Shown: positions 1 through 14,500, counted from the first letter of the stretch. The stretch is DNA of 64,000 bases from Amoebidium appalachense (GCA_963693365.1 CAVNZM010000003.1:8600046-8664045), one strand, 5' to 3'. Translations and numbers: made by a program. Notes: generated by a model from the sequence alone, not told the origin.

Positions 1-128
1 TAGGTGCCCGTCTGCGGGCAGCCGAACGCGAACTGCTAAAACATGAAACGAAGCCTGTTGATATCGGACACCCATCCTACGTGTTTACCCAGAAAAATAT
101 TTATGTCAATAATTTCCACAAATAAAAC
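1..128 (-). mobile_element. Terminal repeat A (5' end) of a second copy of the Ngaro/PAT-type YR element, extending off the left edge of the window
   Basis: Near-identical to 20570-20698 and 24046-24174 (one visible substitution, gcccgtCtgc vs gcccgtAtgc). Ends at the same ...aaataaaacc boundary, followed by a different flank. Confidence 0.85.
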
Positions 129-132
129 CGTT

Positions 133-396
133 TTATATTCTATGTGTCGACAGACATTTTAATCGATATATTTTACACTCATAGTTTTCGTTCTTTTGAT
201 TGGTTTATCGTTTCACATTCCCAAGTATAAAAGGGACTTCATCTTGGAATAAATCTCAAGCAGTCGTATTCATTTCCTATGGTTCCAGAAATCGTTCCTC
301 CTCTCCGGTTGTGTTTTTCCCGTGTGTCTCTGTGTTGTGTATATCATAACACCCATCTGTGCTCTCTGCTTCTCCGTTTACCCACACAAAATAACA
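133..396 (-). repeat. LTR-like dispersed repeat, interrupted by the YR element copy
   Basis: Reverse complement of ~34738-35030 with high identity. On the minus strand it begins TGTTATTTTG, a TG terminus shared by both copies. Confidence 0.65.
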
Positions 397-2318
397 GGGG
401 GGGGGGGGCAGGGGGCGGAGTGGGGATTCGGAAGGATGGCTTAAAGCGAAATATGGAGCAATATTTGAGTCCAATCTTCATTTCATCATTCAATTTCCGT
501 TGGTTTGCAGTTTTCTGTTTGCGGAATGTCACGCGAATCCCCCGCATTACGTGTCTGCCGGCCACATATGTCATGACTAACACCGACAAAGTAATATCAA
601 AACTAACCGTGAATTTAAAATTTACAGACTGAGTCAACACCAAATTCTACACACGTCCCCCCTCCGCCCCCGCTCCCCCCCCCCCCCCCCCCCCCCCCTC
701 TCCCACCCACCCACACACACACACACACCACGCACACACTGGTGTTCCCGGATGATATCATGCCCCTTAGCTTAGTGTAATCATGATCTGTAGAAGGGGC
801 CATCTTGCAAGACATCATTTAGGGCAGGGTTTTAAGCCAACAGCAGTTCAAGACGCTAAAAATATCAGTTTACGGCTCATATATTTGCCAAACGCTGGCC
901 TCCCCCTCCCCCTGCCCCCTGTCTCAACGTATCTAGGAGAAGGGAGTACACACACACACACAATCGGTCACATGCATCTCTTCCACCAGTTACTGAGAGA
1001 AATTCATATGATATAGCGCACAGTCAGCGCCCAGGTACGGTGGCGGCAGTCTAGTGGGCTGCGACCAGGCCGGAATCGTATGTGCTCTGGGCTACAGGGT
1101 GGACAAAAAGACACACGGGGTCATGCGCTGCAAGAAGAGAGGGGGGTCTAGCCGCAGCTGCAGCCAGGCCACATGCTGCAAAGGCCAGGCGCCTACCAGT
1201 ACTGAGGAAGGGTTATTGGAAACACGTGCATTACATATCATGCTTGAACAGGTGCAACACATAATGGCACGAGCTCATTGGGTGCAGTTTACTTTGCACG
1301 GTGTACATGTCAGTGCCGATACCTGTAGCGAAGCTGTTGCAGGCGATTCGATTTCCAGATTCTGTCAGAGGCATCAATAGTTAAGACTAATATGTTGGCG
1401 GCTCCTACGTGTTCCTAACTACTTTGTAACCTAATTGCTGCTATATCATATGAATCTGTCTCAGTAACTGGTGGCATGCCATTTCTTTTATATTAATAAT
1501 GTATTGGCTAGCTAGAATTAATTTAAATCACAACGTCCACTGGATGGGCAACTAGAAGCTTTTTCAGGTATTCATGCATGCAACAGTGCATGCACACAGC
1601 AGTTGACGTGGCCCATGCATGCTGCTGCTGCGGCTCCACGATATATACATCGCAATCCAAAAAAAAATGCAGCCCCCCCCCCTCCCCCCCCCCCTCCCCC
1701 CCCCCCCCCCCCCCCTCTTGCCCCCCGAGTCCCCCCTCCCTCCCCCATCCCCCCCTTTACCTCGCAGTTGGGTATATGCTTTAATTTTGTTGCATATTTG
1801 ATATTTTTGTGTGCACTAGTCTGCGGTTAACTATTATGATTAAGGCGTTCCCGTTGTGATATAAAGCTTAAGGCCCCTTCACATCCCCCTCCTATCCCGC
1901 CCCCCTCTGGACCCCCTCCCTCTTCCCCTTCCCCCCTCCCCTCCCCCTCCCCCCCCCCCCCCCCCACCACCACCACCATGATGATCACCACCACCATACA
2001 CACACACACCGTATGATGCATGCGCACTTAATAAGTACGACTGTCGATTCCCTTCAACATCCGCAACTTCTAACTTATAATCCTTCCGAGTGCCTTCCTT
2101 TACTTTTGTCACGGTATTCATTCCCACACTGACCCCCCCCCCCCCCCCCCCCCCCCCCCTTTCCCGGCCCTCGTGAATCAATACCGTAAAAATCTTCCTC
2201 ATGAGTCTCTGTAACTTCAAAAGTTCGCTCACTCAATCTACATTGTCAGGTTCTGTTATAGACACAGTGCCGCAGCTGTTTCATGTACACTAGTAGTATT
2301 AGTATATATTGATGCACA

Positions 2319-2349
<31 letters not shown>

Positions 2350-3097
2350 AGCGGAGGCGGAAGGGGGGCACCACCTATCCTTTCCTTCCGTCCTTAGTCC
2401 CCCCTCCCTTCCCTCATCTGGCCCATCAACTCCTCTCGAACCTTCTCACCACCACACTCTCCTCCCCTCCCCCCCCCTCCCCCCCCCCCCCCCCCCCCCC
2501 CCCCCACCACCACCACCACCAAAAAAATAGAAACAATAAATAAATAAATAAATAACCAAAAAGAAGAAGAAGAAGAAGAAGAAGAAGAAGAACTCGAGAA
2601 GATCTTGAAGAAGAAGAAGAACTGAGAAGTAGAAGAAGAAGAAGGAGGAGGAAGAGGAGGAGGAAGAGAATATGCGGGGGATGACGTGCACTCGGTGGCC
2701 TATCGCACATGGCGCCTTGCTGCCCTATGAACCCGCCGGCATGTACGCGCCATCAATATATCCCCCCCTGGCCCTGCCCCCCTCAAAAAAAGGTTTTTAT
2801 CTGCGGGTTTTGAAAGTATTGCGAACGTTGGTTTGCGGATTTGCCCCATGCACAGTTTGTATTCTCCCTGTGATGGCACGTGTGCTTCCTAACTGCCAAG
2901 CCTTAGAGCCCCTGCATCCACAAATTTATAAGACGAACTGTTTCAGAAGCTGCAGCTTGGTGAAACGAATCCGAAGGTGTGGCACAGCAGGAAAGATCGA
3001 GACCCCAGCGTTTACAATCTAGGCTAGGGCCTCCACGTGTGTGTGTGTGGGGGGGGGGGGGGGAGGGGGGAGGAGTAGGAGCCGAGGGGCGAGCGAG

Positions 3098-3181
<84 letters not shown>

Positions 3182-3195
3182 ACCACCACCACCAA

Positions 3196-3227
<32 letters not shown>

Positions 3228-3971
3228 GGGGGGGGGGGGGGGGGGCTTGTATAGGCTAATGTGGGCACGTGTACACCTCAAAACAGCTCGATCGTGTTTG
3301 TCTTCGTTTGGCAGCACTAGTGGAAACGGCATTTTCATGCAATGGCACCGACACTCAGTCTGGGTACGTGCTGTGGTATACGTCATATATACATGCTGTG
3401 GTACACGTCATTGCGCAAGCGCGCGCACACGCGCACACACACACACACGTTTGGGACCTGCAACACAAATTCGGACACAGCCTCTCAGCCATTTGTACAA
3501 GGCCAAATCGAATCTATCTATTGGGACGCACGCACACGCACACAGTCGGGTACTGGGGTAGGAAGAAAGAGAAGTCCGACTTGAGGACTGAAGCAGCAGA
3601 TGTGAACCCCCCCCCCCCAAAACACACACACACACACACACACTATAAAGAAGAAGAAGAAGAAGAAGAAGAAGAAGAAGAAAAAAGAAGAAAGAAAGAA
3701 AGAAAAAGAAAGAAAGAAAAAGAATTCGCAAACAACCCATCTTTCCCCCAGACCGGGACGTGTCGCCTTGTCGGTTCGGATGAAACGAAACACAAAGACA
3801 ACTGGGTTCGAACTGCTGCCCTGCACCAGCCTCTTGTTAAAATTCTAAAAATTCAATTCTAATCCGTCAACCTACACCTTCTAAATGCCCACAGGGCAAC
3901 ATGTACATGCCCAAATCATGGTCATCAGTGCACTGTATATGGCAAGTAACACAATGTTTCCATTGGCCCAT

Positions 3972-5023
3972 TTACAGGCTCGGAATTTCCACCGGTAGCT
4001 TTTCTCCTTCTTTGAGGATTTTGAGGGAGAAGTCGATGAATGGCACTCCTTGTGTGAGCGATCCCATGCTCAGCACGTCGATGTCTGCACGTGTGTGTGT
4101 GTATGTGTGTACGTGTACGTGTGTGTACGTGTACGTGTGTACGTGTACGTGTGTGTACGTGTACGTGTGTGGGTACGTGTACGTCTACGTGTGTGTGTGT
4201 GAGTGTGTGTGTGTGTGTGTGTGCGAGCGTGGGTGTGTGTGGTATGTATGTGTGTGGGTGTGAGTGTGAGTGAGTGTCAGTGTGTGAGTGAGTGAGTGAG
4301 TGAGAGAAAGAGAGAGTGTGTGTGTGGTGTGTATATACGTGCCTGTGTGAGTGTGTGGATGTGTGTGTGTGTGATGTCCGAGCGCACACACAAGCGTGGA
4401 AATGTACCTGTGCTTGTGAAATGCATGGGTGTGAGGGTGTTCGTGCATGCACGTGTGTGTGCATGGGTGTGTGTGAGTGTGTGTTTCTAATCAGTGGGTG
4501 CATGCGTATGGACCATTGTGAATGTTTGTGTGTGTATATACGGACAGACGTGCAGGTGCATTTATGTAGATTTGTATGTGGTGCATATGTGGTGTGGGTG
4601 AGAAAGTGCAGGAGCACATGCATCCCTCCCCCTATGCATTCCTCCGCCTATCCATCCCCCAACACCCCCACCCAATGCAACAACTTCAGCTTACCCCCCT
4701 TCCATCCACATCTCACTCTCTCCCAGTCACATCTAACCCACCAATCAGCTATCGGCTTTCTAGGGTATGGTAACCTCATTCACAGCTGTTACATCCTCTC
4801 TTCCCAGCTCTCAGCACCGGAATCTTGATTCATGCAACCCCCCCCCCCCCCCCCCCCCCCCTCTCTTACGAAAAAAATAAATCAAAAATAAAACAAACAA
4901 ACAAAAAAAAAGAGAATAATCACATTTTCCCACACCCGACACCAAACAAACTCATAATCTCCCTCTCTCTCCTCACACCACACCACACCTGTTTCAAACA
5001 CCACCCATTCAAGTCATGCCTGC

Positions 5024-5066
<43 letters not shown>

Positions 5067-5901
5067 ACACCCACCCACCCACCCTCCTGTCCCACCTCCC
5101 TCCGTGCGCGGAACCACCTCAACCTCTCAGGACTTGTATAGGTTTCAAGCCAAAAAACACATTATCGTTAAGGGGAAAAAAAAAAGAAAAAAAAAAAGAT
5201 GCACGACCACAAAGGGGTAGGGGGGGGGGGGGGGGGGGGGAGGGCAGGCACGTACATGGGCAGAAGTAGTCTGCCACCGTGTCCCTCGTGATGCCGCCAC
5301 TGGCCTCCACAAGCACATGTGGGTGTGCCTCCTTCAGCAGCTTGGCTGTCATTGGCTAAGTGTCAGCAGCCATACAGTGTACTCACCACCCCATGCAGAC
5401 ACGTCTCTCTCTGCCTCTCTGCCTCTGCCTTAGGTCCCTTGGTCTTCCCCATTCCTAATCTTTCCACTTTTGACCCCTAAACCTACTAACACCTCCCCAC
5501 GCCCTGCCACCAATCACCCCCCCCTCCCCCCCCCCCCCCTCCTCCTCCCCACACACACCCTCCCACCTGCCTTCATTTTAATAATCCAACCCCTCTCTCC
5601 CTTCCCCGGTTATCTTTCCAGCTTGCCACCTGCTCTCCCTGTCTCTTCTTCTTCACTGTGATATCCACAACTCCATCTCTCTACCAAACATTTAACACTC
5701 CCTATCCATCCCCCCCCCCCCCCCCCCCCCCCCGGCGGCTGTGATTGTCATACTTACTCCCCATGTGTGCTGCAACCAGCTTTGTGTTAGCCGTTGTATG
5801 TGTACCTGGCACTTTACAACACATTTTTACCCCCCTCCCCCCAGTTCTCCCTCATCCCCCCTCTGTCCTTCCTCCCCCCCCTCCCCCCCCCCCCCCCCCC
5901 C

Positions 5902-5937
<36 letters not shown>

Positions 5938-6045
5938 ACCATCTGCCTTGAGTCCTTCTGCTGTGAAGTTATCGAGCATCACCACATCGGCACCGGCATC
6001 AATTGCTTCTTCAGCCTCGGCACGGCTCTGGCACTCCACCTGTGT

Positions 6046-6094
<49 letters not shown>

Positions 6095-6557
6095 TGTGTT
6101 TTTTTTTGGGGGGGGGGGGGAGGGGGGAGGGGGAGGGGGTGCACGAGTGGTCAGTGTTCGAACTTGCAGTTTAAAACAGAAAAAAAAAAATGAAATCCCT
6201 TAAATGCAAGCAGTGCAAAAAAGGAAGTCAGGTTTAGACACATTAGGGAGACGAGTTAAGTGTAACGAGCAGACACACGAAGGGGCAAAGGCGATGTATG
6301 GTTACCATCTGGGGGGGGGGGCAACATGTACACACCTCGATTTTCATGGAGAACCCACAGACAGACCGCGCCTGCTTGACCGCATTGGTGATGGACCCTG
6401 GTATGGGGTGGGTATACCGTGTGAGATATGTGGTTGGATATATACCGTGTGATATGCAATGTGGATATATTATTCTGAGATATGCTATTTAAATATACCA
6501 TTTGAGAATCTATTTGAGAAATGCTATTTCGATATACCAGGTGAGATTTTTTTTTTT

Positions 6558-6588
<31 letters not shown>

Positions 6589-8052
6589 GGGTTGAATTTG
6601 AGGACAACCTCAACCCAAGATCATGTGAAGAAAAAAAAAAAGAAAAATGCTGCATCATACCCCTCTCCCCCAAACAGAATAAAAAAAGAAATAAACTTAG
6701 AACAATTCGCACCAATAAAACCCATCATTATCACCACCAAAACATCACAGCAAAGAATTACGAGGAACCAGTGATGTATTTGTGAGCGTGTGAAACCATC
6801 TCTATATGATCCCCTCCTTCTCTTCCCCCCCCCCCCCCCTCTCCCCACTCACCCCACCTCCCCCAAAAAACACAACCGCCAAAACCCAAAATGACCCCCC
6901 TCCTCCAGCACTTTCCCCTTCATTCACTTTTACCACCCCTCCCTCTCTCTGTTTTTCGATTTTGCTTCCTGAGAGTTACCTGAACCCACGTGGGTGCCAG
7001 TGTGCTCATGAGTGTGTTTGTGTGTGTGTGTCTGCATATGTGTCAGCATATACTCGTGTACACCCGTATGCGCATGTGTGTGCGCGAGTGTATGTGCGTT
7101 TGCTTGTCTATGCACTACGTGTATGTACATGGGGTTCTGTCCGTGTGCGCGTATGGGTATCTTGTGTGCGCCCACGTTTTCAGCGTGTGCATGTGTACGC
7201 ATCTCTGTGTGCCTTCACGTGCATGTGTACGTGTGCACGTGCATGTGCACGTGCACACACACGTGCACTGGTACGTGTGCACGTGCACACGTACACGTGC
7301 ATGTGCACACGTACACGTGCATGTGTACGTGTGCACGTGCACGTGTGCACATGCACGTGTACGTGTGCACATGCATGTGTACGTGTGCACATGCACGTGT
7401 ACGTGTGCACGTGTACGTGTGCACATGCATGTGTACGTGTGCACGTGCATGTGTACATGCATGTGTACGTGCATGTGTACGTGTGCACGCGCAAGTACCT
7501 GTAGTCCACACGTGGTTATCCTTGAGCATAACCATAGCACTCAGGTCCATGCGATGTGTGTCCACCCCCCCCCACCAGCAGGGCATACTTCTCCACAAGC
7601 CGGAACCCTAAAACCACCAACCACCGTCAAAAAAGCCCCCCTTCCCCCCCCCCCCCCCCTTTCCCCCCTCTTCTAACCCACCAACACCACTGCCACGGCG
7701 ACCAAATTCACACAAGCACACAGAACGCCAAGTCACCACCTACTCGAGCACCCACCGGTCCGCCATCTCTCTTCCTATCGAATTGACCCTTCCCTCTCCA
7801 CCTAAGCCCCCCTCCCCCCCCCCCCCCCCCCACCTCTCCACCATGCTTTTCTCATCCATCTCTCTTCCCTACCCCCCCCCCCCCCCCCCCATCCCCTTAT
7901 CCCTCTAGCCCCCTTCCGCCCAAAGCCATCCAATCAAGCAGTAGCACATCCTTTGACCAATCATTTGCCCCGATGCCTTCACAACCCAACTGCCATTTTC
8001 TTGTTATTCTTCTTCTTTTTGTTTTTTATTATTTTTTATTAATATTATTATT

Positions 8053-8083
<31 letters not shown>

Positions 8084-8335
8084 GGGGTTCAAGAAAATGA
8101 GTGGGTGGGTGGTGGGGAGGGGAGGGGGAGAGGGGGGGGGGGGGGGAAGAGAGGGGGAGGCTAGGAGGTAGGACAGGCAGAGAAGACAAGTGGATGGATG
8201 TGGGTTTAACTTGAGCGAGGGGGGGGGGGGAGGGGGGGGGGGGGGTTAGTCTGGTGGTCACACACACACACACACACACACACCCGAACACACACACACA
8301 CACACACACACAACATCCACACACACACACACCCG

Positions 8336-8368
<33 letters not shown>

Positions 8369-9445
8369 ACACACCCACATACATACCTGGTGTTGTCTTC
8401 CTTGTGCCGGCAATAACCCCCTTAAAGCCATGCTGCGCCTTAATATCGGCCATCTCACGTGCCCTGCAAACCATCCGGCCATTTGGGTTAAAGCTAAAAA
8501 AAGCACAGCTACAGCGTGCCACACACTCACACTCACATCCATCTTCATCCCTCTACCTCCTCATGTGTATGATATTTTCTGCTACCCCCAATTCTTTTCA
8601 TCATTCCTCGCACGTTTACAGGATCCCTCCTGCCTTGTTCATTTATTCACCCCTCTTCCCTCCCTCCCCCCCCCCCCCCCCCCCCCCCCCACCACCAACA
8701 AAAATAAAACAAACTTGAAGCCCATCCCCAAAACCGTGTAGTATCCCACATACACGCTTTCACATTGTTATCACCCCCCCCCCCCCCCCCCCTGTCCCGC
8801 CCTCCCCTCCCCTCTTCCCCCCCCCCCCCCCCCCCTCCCCCTCCCCCCTCTTCCCTGCCAGTTATACTTTTTGAGTCCTCACACCAAAGTCCCCAGTTAT
8901 CCCTTTCAGCTGCTCGATAGGTGCTCTGCCCAACCACTCTTTCCTCTCTACACACCCTACCTCCCCAGCCCGTGGCATTTGCCTGTTCCCTCTCCCACCA
9001 TCCTTCCTCCACCCACTCCATTCCTCCTCCCGCCTTTCCCCTCCTTTTCGAGGAATCCCTTCTCTCCTCTCACCCGCTTCCCACCCACCCACCCACCTCC
9101 GCTTTATCGAACCCATAACCTACAAATCATCTTCCCTGCCCCTCTTCCCCCCGTTCCCCTTCCCCGCGCCCCAAAAACCACCACGCCCCACCACAATTCC
9201 CTTTTTACCTTGTTTTTTCTACACACACCTCCCCCCCCCCCCCCCCCCCCCCCGTTCCTTTGCCCTGCCCCATCCCTCCCTCCCCCAGCCGTCACCTCCC
9301 ACACCCACCCAGTACGGAGTTCCCCCCCCTCCCCACCCCCTCTAACCGTGGGCATGTAAAATGTTGCTAATTACCTGCCCCCATCCCCCCCCCCCCCCCC
9401 ACACACACACACACATTGAGTGTTGCTATTTTCATTCCCCCCCCC

Positions 9446-9476
<31 letters not shown>

Positions 9477-11038
9477 ACACCCACACACACACGTACTGTG
9501 TTGCTATGCCGCTGGCCCTCGCCAGCATGTTGAGTGCGGTCCTCTCCCCCATCAGCAGGTCACGTGCCCTGCCCTTAACCACAGCAACCACTATGCGCCC
9601 CTTGGGCGTGGTGCTGGGGTCAAGCAGGGTCCCCTCTTCATACAGCCACGTCACACTGCACCCCCCCGTCACTATACTGCACTGACACGATACTAGCAGG
9701 TGCAAGGTGTGTATTGGTCGTGCATGATATGAGAGGCAAATTAAGGGTATAGGCTATGGGTTCAAAAAAAGAATGTATGTGCCACTTATCTGCAGCCAAA
9801 GATGTACTGTGCAAAACTTTGAAAGCACTACCTCCCCCCCTCCCCCCTCCCTCCCCATACCATCGTTACCAGGAAAACCCCACTGAGCCCCGCGATTCTT
9901 TCCGCCAGTAAAGCATGCACAATGGATCGAAAGGAGTAAAAATAGGTGGGAAGGGAAGATTGTAGGGCGGGGGAGGGGATATAGGTTCACAATTGTTTGC
10001 CCCCTCTGTTTGCCCACTCGGCCCCCCCTCCCCCTCTCTCACCCTTCTCTCCCCTTGCATCCCTCTCTCCCTCCTCCGACAGCCCTGCGTCCTCCCCTCC
10101 TTCTCCCAGACAGAAAGGAGTAACGTAGGGGATAGAGGAGGTTATGGGAGGAAGAGAGGTTGGTGCGTAAAAAATCGGCAAGGAGGGAGACAAGGGGGGG
10201 GGGGGGGGGGGGGATGCGTCGGTGATAAGGGGCAAGGAAACGTTGGGCAGTTGCGCTTGGAGATAAACGGGGAGGGGGGGGTGGGGTTGAGGACGGGGGC
10301 GGGGGGAGATTGCATACGTGCAGTTAACTTGGCGGAACACTTCGTTGAAGAACGGGACACCGCAGACCACCCCCTAAAAATAGTACATAGTTAGGCTTGT
10401 AACAGGCTGGGGCCTTGGTGGGTCAGCTAAACGGTGCCCCCATCTGGGCGTTGAGAGTTCCCTTCACGTCTTCTACCTAACACAGTAGCTGAAGCGTGAG
10501 TTCGACTTCAAATTCGAAGGAGCTCTATGCAACGGATGGAAGACGAACCCACTAAATGGCCAGAGATGTTGAATGTGTGTGTTTTTTAGGAATGCTAGGC
10601 ACGAACAGCTCCGTTGCAGGAATCCGCAAAGTAATAAGAAGGGTGGATGTGAGGTGGTATCTCGGAAGTGTTAAGGAGTTGGAAACCAGGGGCGGGGGGG
10701 GGGGAGGGGGGGCAGGGGGAAGAAGGGGGGGAGGGGGGGGGGGGAGGGAGAGGGGATGGGAGGCAGGGGAGGTTGAGTGAATGGGTGAGTGGGGGGGAGG
10801 GGGAGGTGGTTTAGGTGGGGCGGACTGGGGATGGGAGGGGGGAGGCGGGCTGGCATCCCACCTTCGCCTTGCACAGTAGTGTTGCTGTCTCCATCTTGTC
10901 GCCCACCACAAAGCCGCCATAGTCGAAGGAAGGAATGTCCTCTTGGAGCCACGCAGTAACCGTCGTGGTCCAGTTGGGCGGTAGAAGACATGAGTGAGGT
11001 GGGGGCTTGCTGATGATTTGGGGGGCGGGAGCGGCCAT
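3972..11038 (-). CDS. QPRT: Quinolinate phosphoribosyltransferase (nicotinate-nucleotide pyrophosphorylase, carboxylating). Nine exons: 11038-10862, 10373-10318, 9655-9497, 8463-8387, 7607-7499, 6397-6336, 6039-5940, 5345-5256, 4084-3972
   Basis: Spliced translation gives [107 protein letters not shown]. All introns are GT-AG with consistent phases. One apparent 1-nt frameshift in a G9 run at 7565-7573. Confidence 0.95.
7180..7490. repeat. Alternating purine-pyrimidine satellite built from GTGCAC/GTAC/GCAT palindromic words (QPRT intron)
   Basis: Seen directly. Similar tracts at ~4090-4190 and ~41330-41450. Confidence 0.8.
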
Positions 11039-11719
11039 TTTTTAGATTTCTTTCTGATTCCTGCAGGGCTCTTTACTAATGGGCTTTTAGGGGGTTGGGA
11101 AAGTTTCGTTTTCTAAGTTTTGTCTGAGATGAGCCTCAGGCCATGCCACAGGCACAGGGTTGGAACAACGTACATAAGATGCACTGGGTTGGACTCGACT
11201 CGGCCAACAACAGGTTGGCGAACAACTGCGGATCGAAATAGTACTTTAACGGGCTTTCAGGCTGTCAGAAATAAGAAAATGGTATAAATACAGTAGAAAA
11301 TGTTCATGGCTAGTACATTTATACAAATATGTATATATATCATGTCTTGATGTTTTACCTACAAGTCTACTCTGTGTGCTTTAAGAATTGTAAACCCTGG
11401 TCAGGTGTGTTGCGTGAACCAATCGCACACCGGCACTACAAACATTTGGATTGGTCAGGAACGCATCGCCATATATAGTAAGCTTATGCAGAACTGGATT
11501 GGATGACATGGCAGCAGGATCTTCCGGCGGTAAACTTTGCGCGCGATCCTGTGAACACGGTACACCTGGGTGTGTGTGGAAGATGGAAGGAGGCCTTGAC
11601 CGTGTGTGTACGCGCCGTGAAGCAAACAGTGCGTAAACCCCACGTGAAAGTACGTGTGTATGTGTGTGTGTTTCTTTTTTTAAGGTTTTTTCTTTCTTCC
11701 TCTTTTTCTTTTCTTTCTT

Positions 11720-11750
<31 letters not shown>

Positions 11751-12620
11751 GGGGAGGGGGGGGGGGGTTGCCGATTGTAAATCCCTTGTTATTGCACATG
11801 TTGCCTTGTGCACTCAATCAGACACATGTACCACTGATGGGCAAGTACCACTGAATTTGCACCGGTTCGCACGTTTTTTTTATTTTTTTATTTTTTACTA
11901 TTTGCAGCGTTAAGACCGCTGCTATGTCCAGTACAAAAGAGTACGCACCGTTATTAAATTTTGTCTTGCAACAGTGTACCACGAATGGTCCCCGGAGACA
12001 CGTGGTGGTGGTGGTGGTGGTTGGGGGGTTGGGGGGGGGGGGGGGGGGGGGGGGGGAAGGTGGGGTGGGAGGAGGATGGGGAGGGGGTTTGAAGTGCAAT
12101 GCAGGCGATCTTATTTGTTAACTTAATTATTATAAGGTGTGCTTTCGTTTGTTCACTGGAGCTGTTCGTGAGGCATTGGTCTGGCTATGTACAAGGCCGA
12201 AGGCCCCTAACTAAATAGAATATACATGTGCCCACAGCTCCGGATATGCGGAAAGTTCGCACATTATGGCAGACCTGACATTCGTTCTTGCACTCAAGCT
12301 ACTAGTAGATAATTCATTCGCGGTGTTACAAGCTATTGGATCCATGATAGATGCCAAAATAAGCAGACCATGCAACACAGTGACTGTGACAATTCCATGC
12401 GTCTCTTCATTCACTGATTATATCTCTTACTGCATGCAGACACGCTTTGGGTTAATAAAAAAAAAAAAAAAAAAAAAAAAAAGAAGAAGAAAAAGAAAAA
12501 CCACGACTTGACAGATGGAAAAAAAGAACGCAACCAAATCATAAAACAACAACATCACCAAACCAGGTTCAACTTGCTCAACATGCCCTTCATACAGTCC
12601 CCGTCCCCATCTTCATTCAT

Positions 12621-12794
12621 TTATACACTCATGCTCCCCACCCCTTGTAACGTTTGCGAACTTGACAAGTCCGGTCTGTGGTATGTGGCTACTGCATCCT
12701 GCAAAAGATCAACCACGGCAGGATAGCCCCCTGTCGTAGCTACCTCGATGGGGGTGCGCCCGGAGGAGTCCTTGGCTTGTGGGTCAGCACCGGC
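12621..12794 (-). CDS. Terminal exon of an ankyrin-repeat protein (upstream exons not identified)
   Basis: TTCAG acceptor, then AGADPQAKDSSGRTPIEVATTGGYPAVVDLL (ankyrin consensus GADxxxxDxxGxTPLxxAxxxGxxxxVxLL), ending in TAA. Confidence 0.7.
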   Translation of the reverse strand, partial: AGADPQAKDSSGRTPIEVATTGGYPAVVDLLQDAVATYHRPDLSSSQTLQGVGSMSV

Positions 12795-12959
12795 CTGAAG
12801 AACAAATAGTGAATGACACTCGGTGATGAATGCAGGATGCGGACCAAACCGCTGATGCGGAAACATGGAAGCGCTTGATGGATTGGTGCATCAGCAATCT
12901 TGCGCGAACATCCAAAACATATCAAACCCATCTAGGATATGCAACTGTATATTAATGGA

Positions 12960-14500
12960 TAGCTTTTGGATATCCACACGATATGTAGGATGGTTTCAGT
13001 CGAACATATCAATACCATCCACTGGATATATACAACATGTCTATTTCCTCCTGACCTCCAACCAATGTCCAATATGTATGTAGTTGCATGCTTAGATAGT
13101 GATCAAGATATTGCACCCCCAATAGATATCACATATGGATATCCATGCTGTACCTCCATTGGGCATCGTTATGATATCAAATATCTGGATATGCAATCAA
13201 TGCATATATGGATACATAAGTGCACCTATAATGGCCATTAAATACACATTAGATGCATATGAATGCAGACATCAAACGCCACCTGGTTGGTTCGGCATGT
13301 ATTGGATATTAGACAGATGCCCACAATGGATATCGACGCTGGATATCCAATGATGGAATTTCAACTGCATTCCTCCGTTGGATAGCTATATGGATATGTA
13401 ACATTCTGGATATCCATTTGGATGCTTAGCTGTATATTAGACTGGATCAGTAACAACATATCCAATACATGACTGACAAGGATATCCGATCAAAATCCCC
13501 ATACAGATATCAAGATATCCCTGTAGCAAGACATGCAATACACCTAACAAGTATATCCAATGGCGGTCTATAGTGGATGTCCATATTGGATATCCATTAT
13601 AATATCCAGATGGATCGCTAATACATGTGCACTTGACCCCAACGCTAATGAACAATGCATGCCCATATTGGATACGTTCCATGGATATCCATTCCGATAT
13701 CCAGATACATACGCATTTGCTTGTCCACTAGACCCTCCTATAATAACCAAAGCATGACGATTCCACATATCCAATTAGATCACCAAATATGGCTCTGACG
13801 GTTATCCATATACACCCGCACGCTGATGTCCAATAGACAATCATACTAAGACACAATGGATAGCTATACTGGTTATCTAGGCTCAACATCCATACAGATA
13901 TCTTGATACAGCTGCATTTGCCCATCCACTAGACCCTAATACTAATATCCAATGCATGACGAAAATACATATCACAATAGACCCCCATACCGATCTCCAA
14001 CGGCTATCCATATGCACCCCTGCTTACCCATCCAATATATGTCGATATTCATATACAATGCATCACCATTCACAATATCTAATTTTAATATCCAACATGA
14101 TATGCGGATACATACACACCTACATATGCACTCGGCACCTATGTTGATACCTAATGCATGAAAAACAAACATATCAAAGTAGATGTCCAACCTAATGCCT
14201 AACACTTAACAAACATACATGTTTTGGGATATCCATTTACACCCGTATCTAATACTTAAAATATCACTATAACAGCTATCTGGGTTGATACCCATACAGA
14301 TAGCCAGATACATCTGTAGCTACATCTCTAGGGTATATCCACTGGATTAATTGCATAATTTTGGTACTGTATATCTGCAACATATCTATGCCAGTGTGTA
14401 TTTGATGTGTAATAAGGCCTTTCCGGATAAACATTATACATCTTTACCGATCCATCGCATAACCATATGATGGCTAATGACCACCATTGATAAATAATTT
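12960..14500. repeat. Left subterminal repeat region (dispersed GGATATCC-like palindromes)
   Basis: Repeated ggatatcca/gatatcc words (e.g. ~12968, 13137, 13341, 13408, 13588, 13683, 14227), as in CACTA/EnSpm subterminal arrays. Confidence 0.65.

Noticed and set aside
1040-1200. Cys-rich peptide (CDQAGIVCALGY...CSQATCCK)
   Set aside because: Short, frame-ambiguous, and no supportable gene model.
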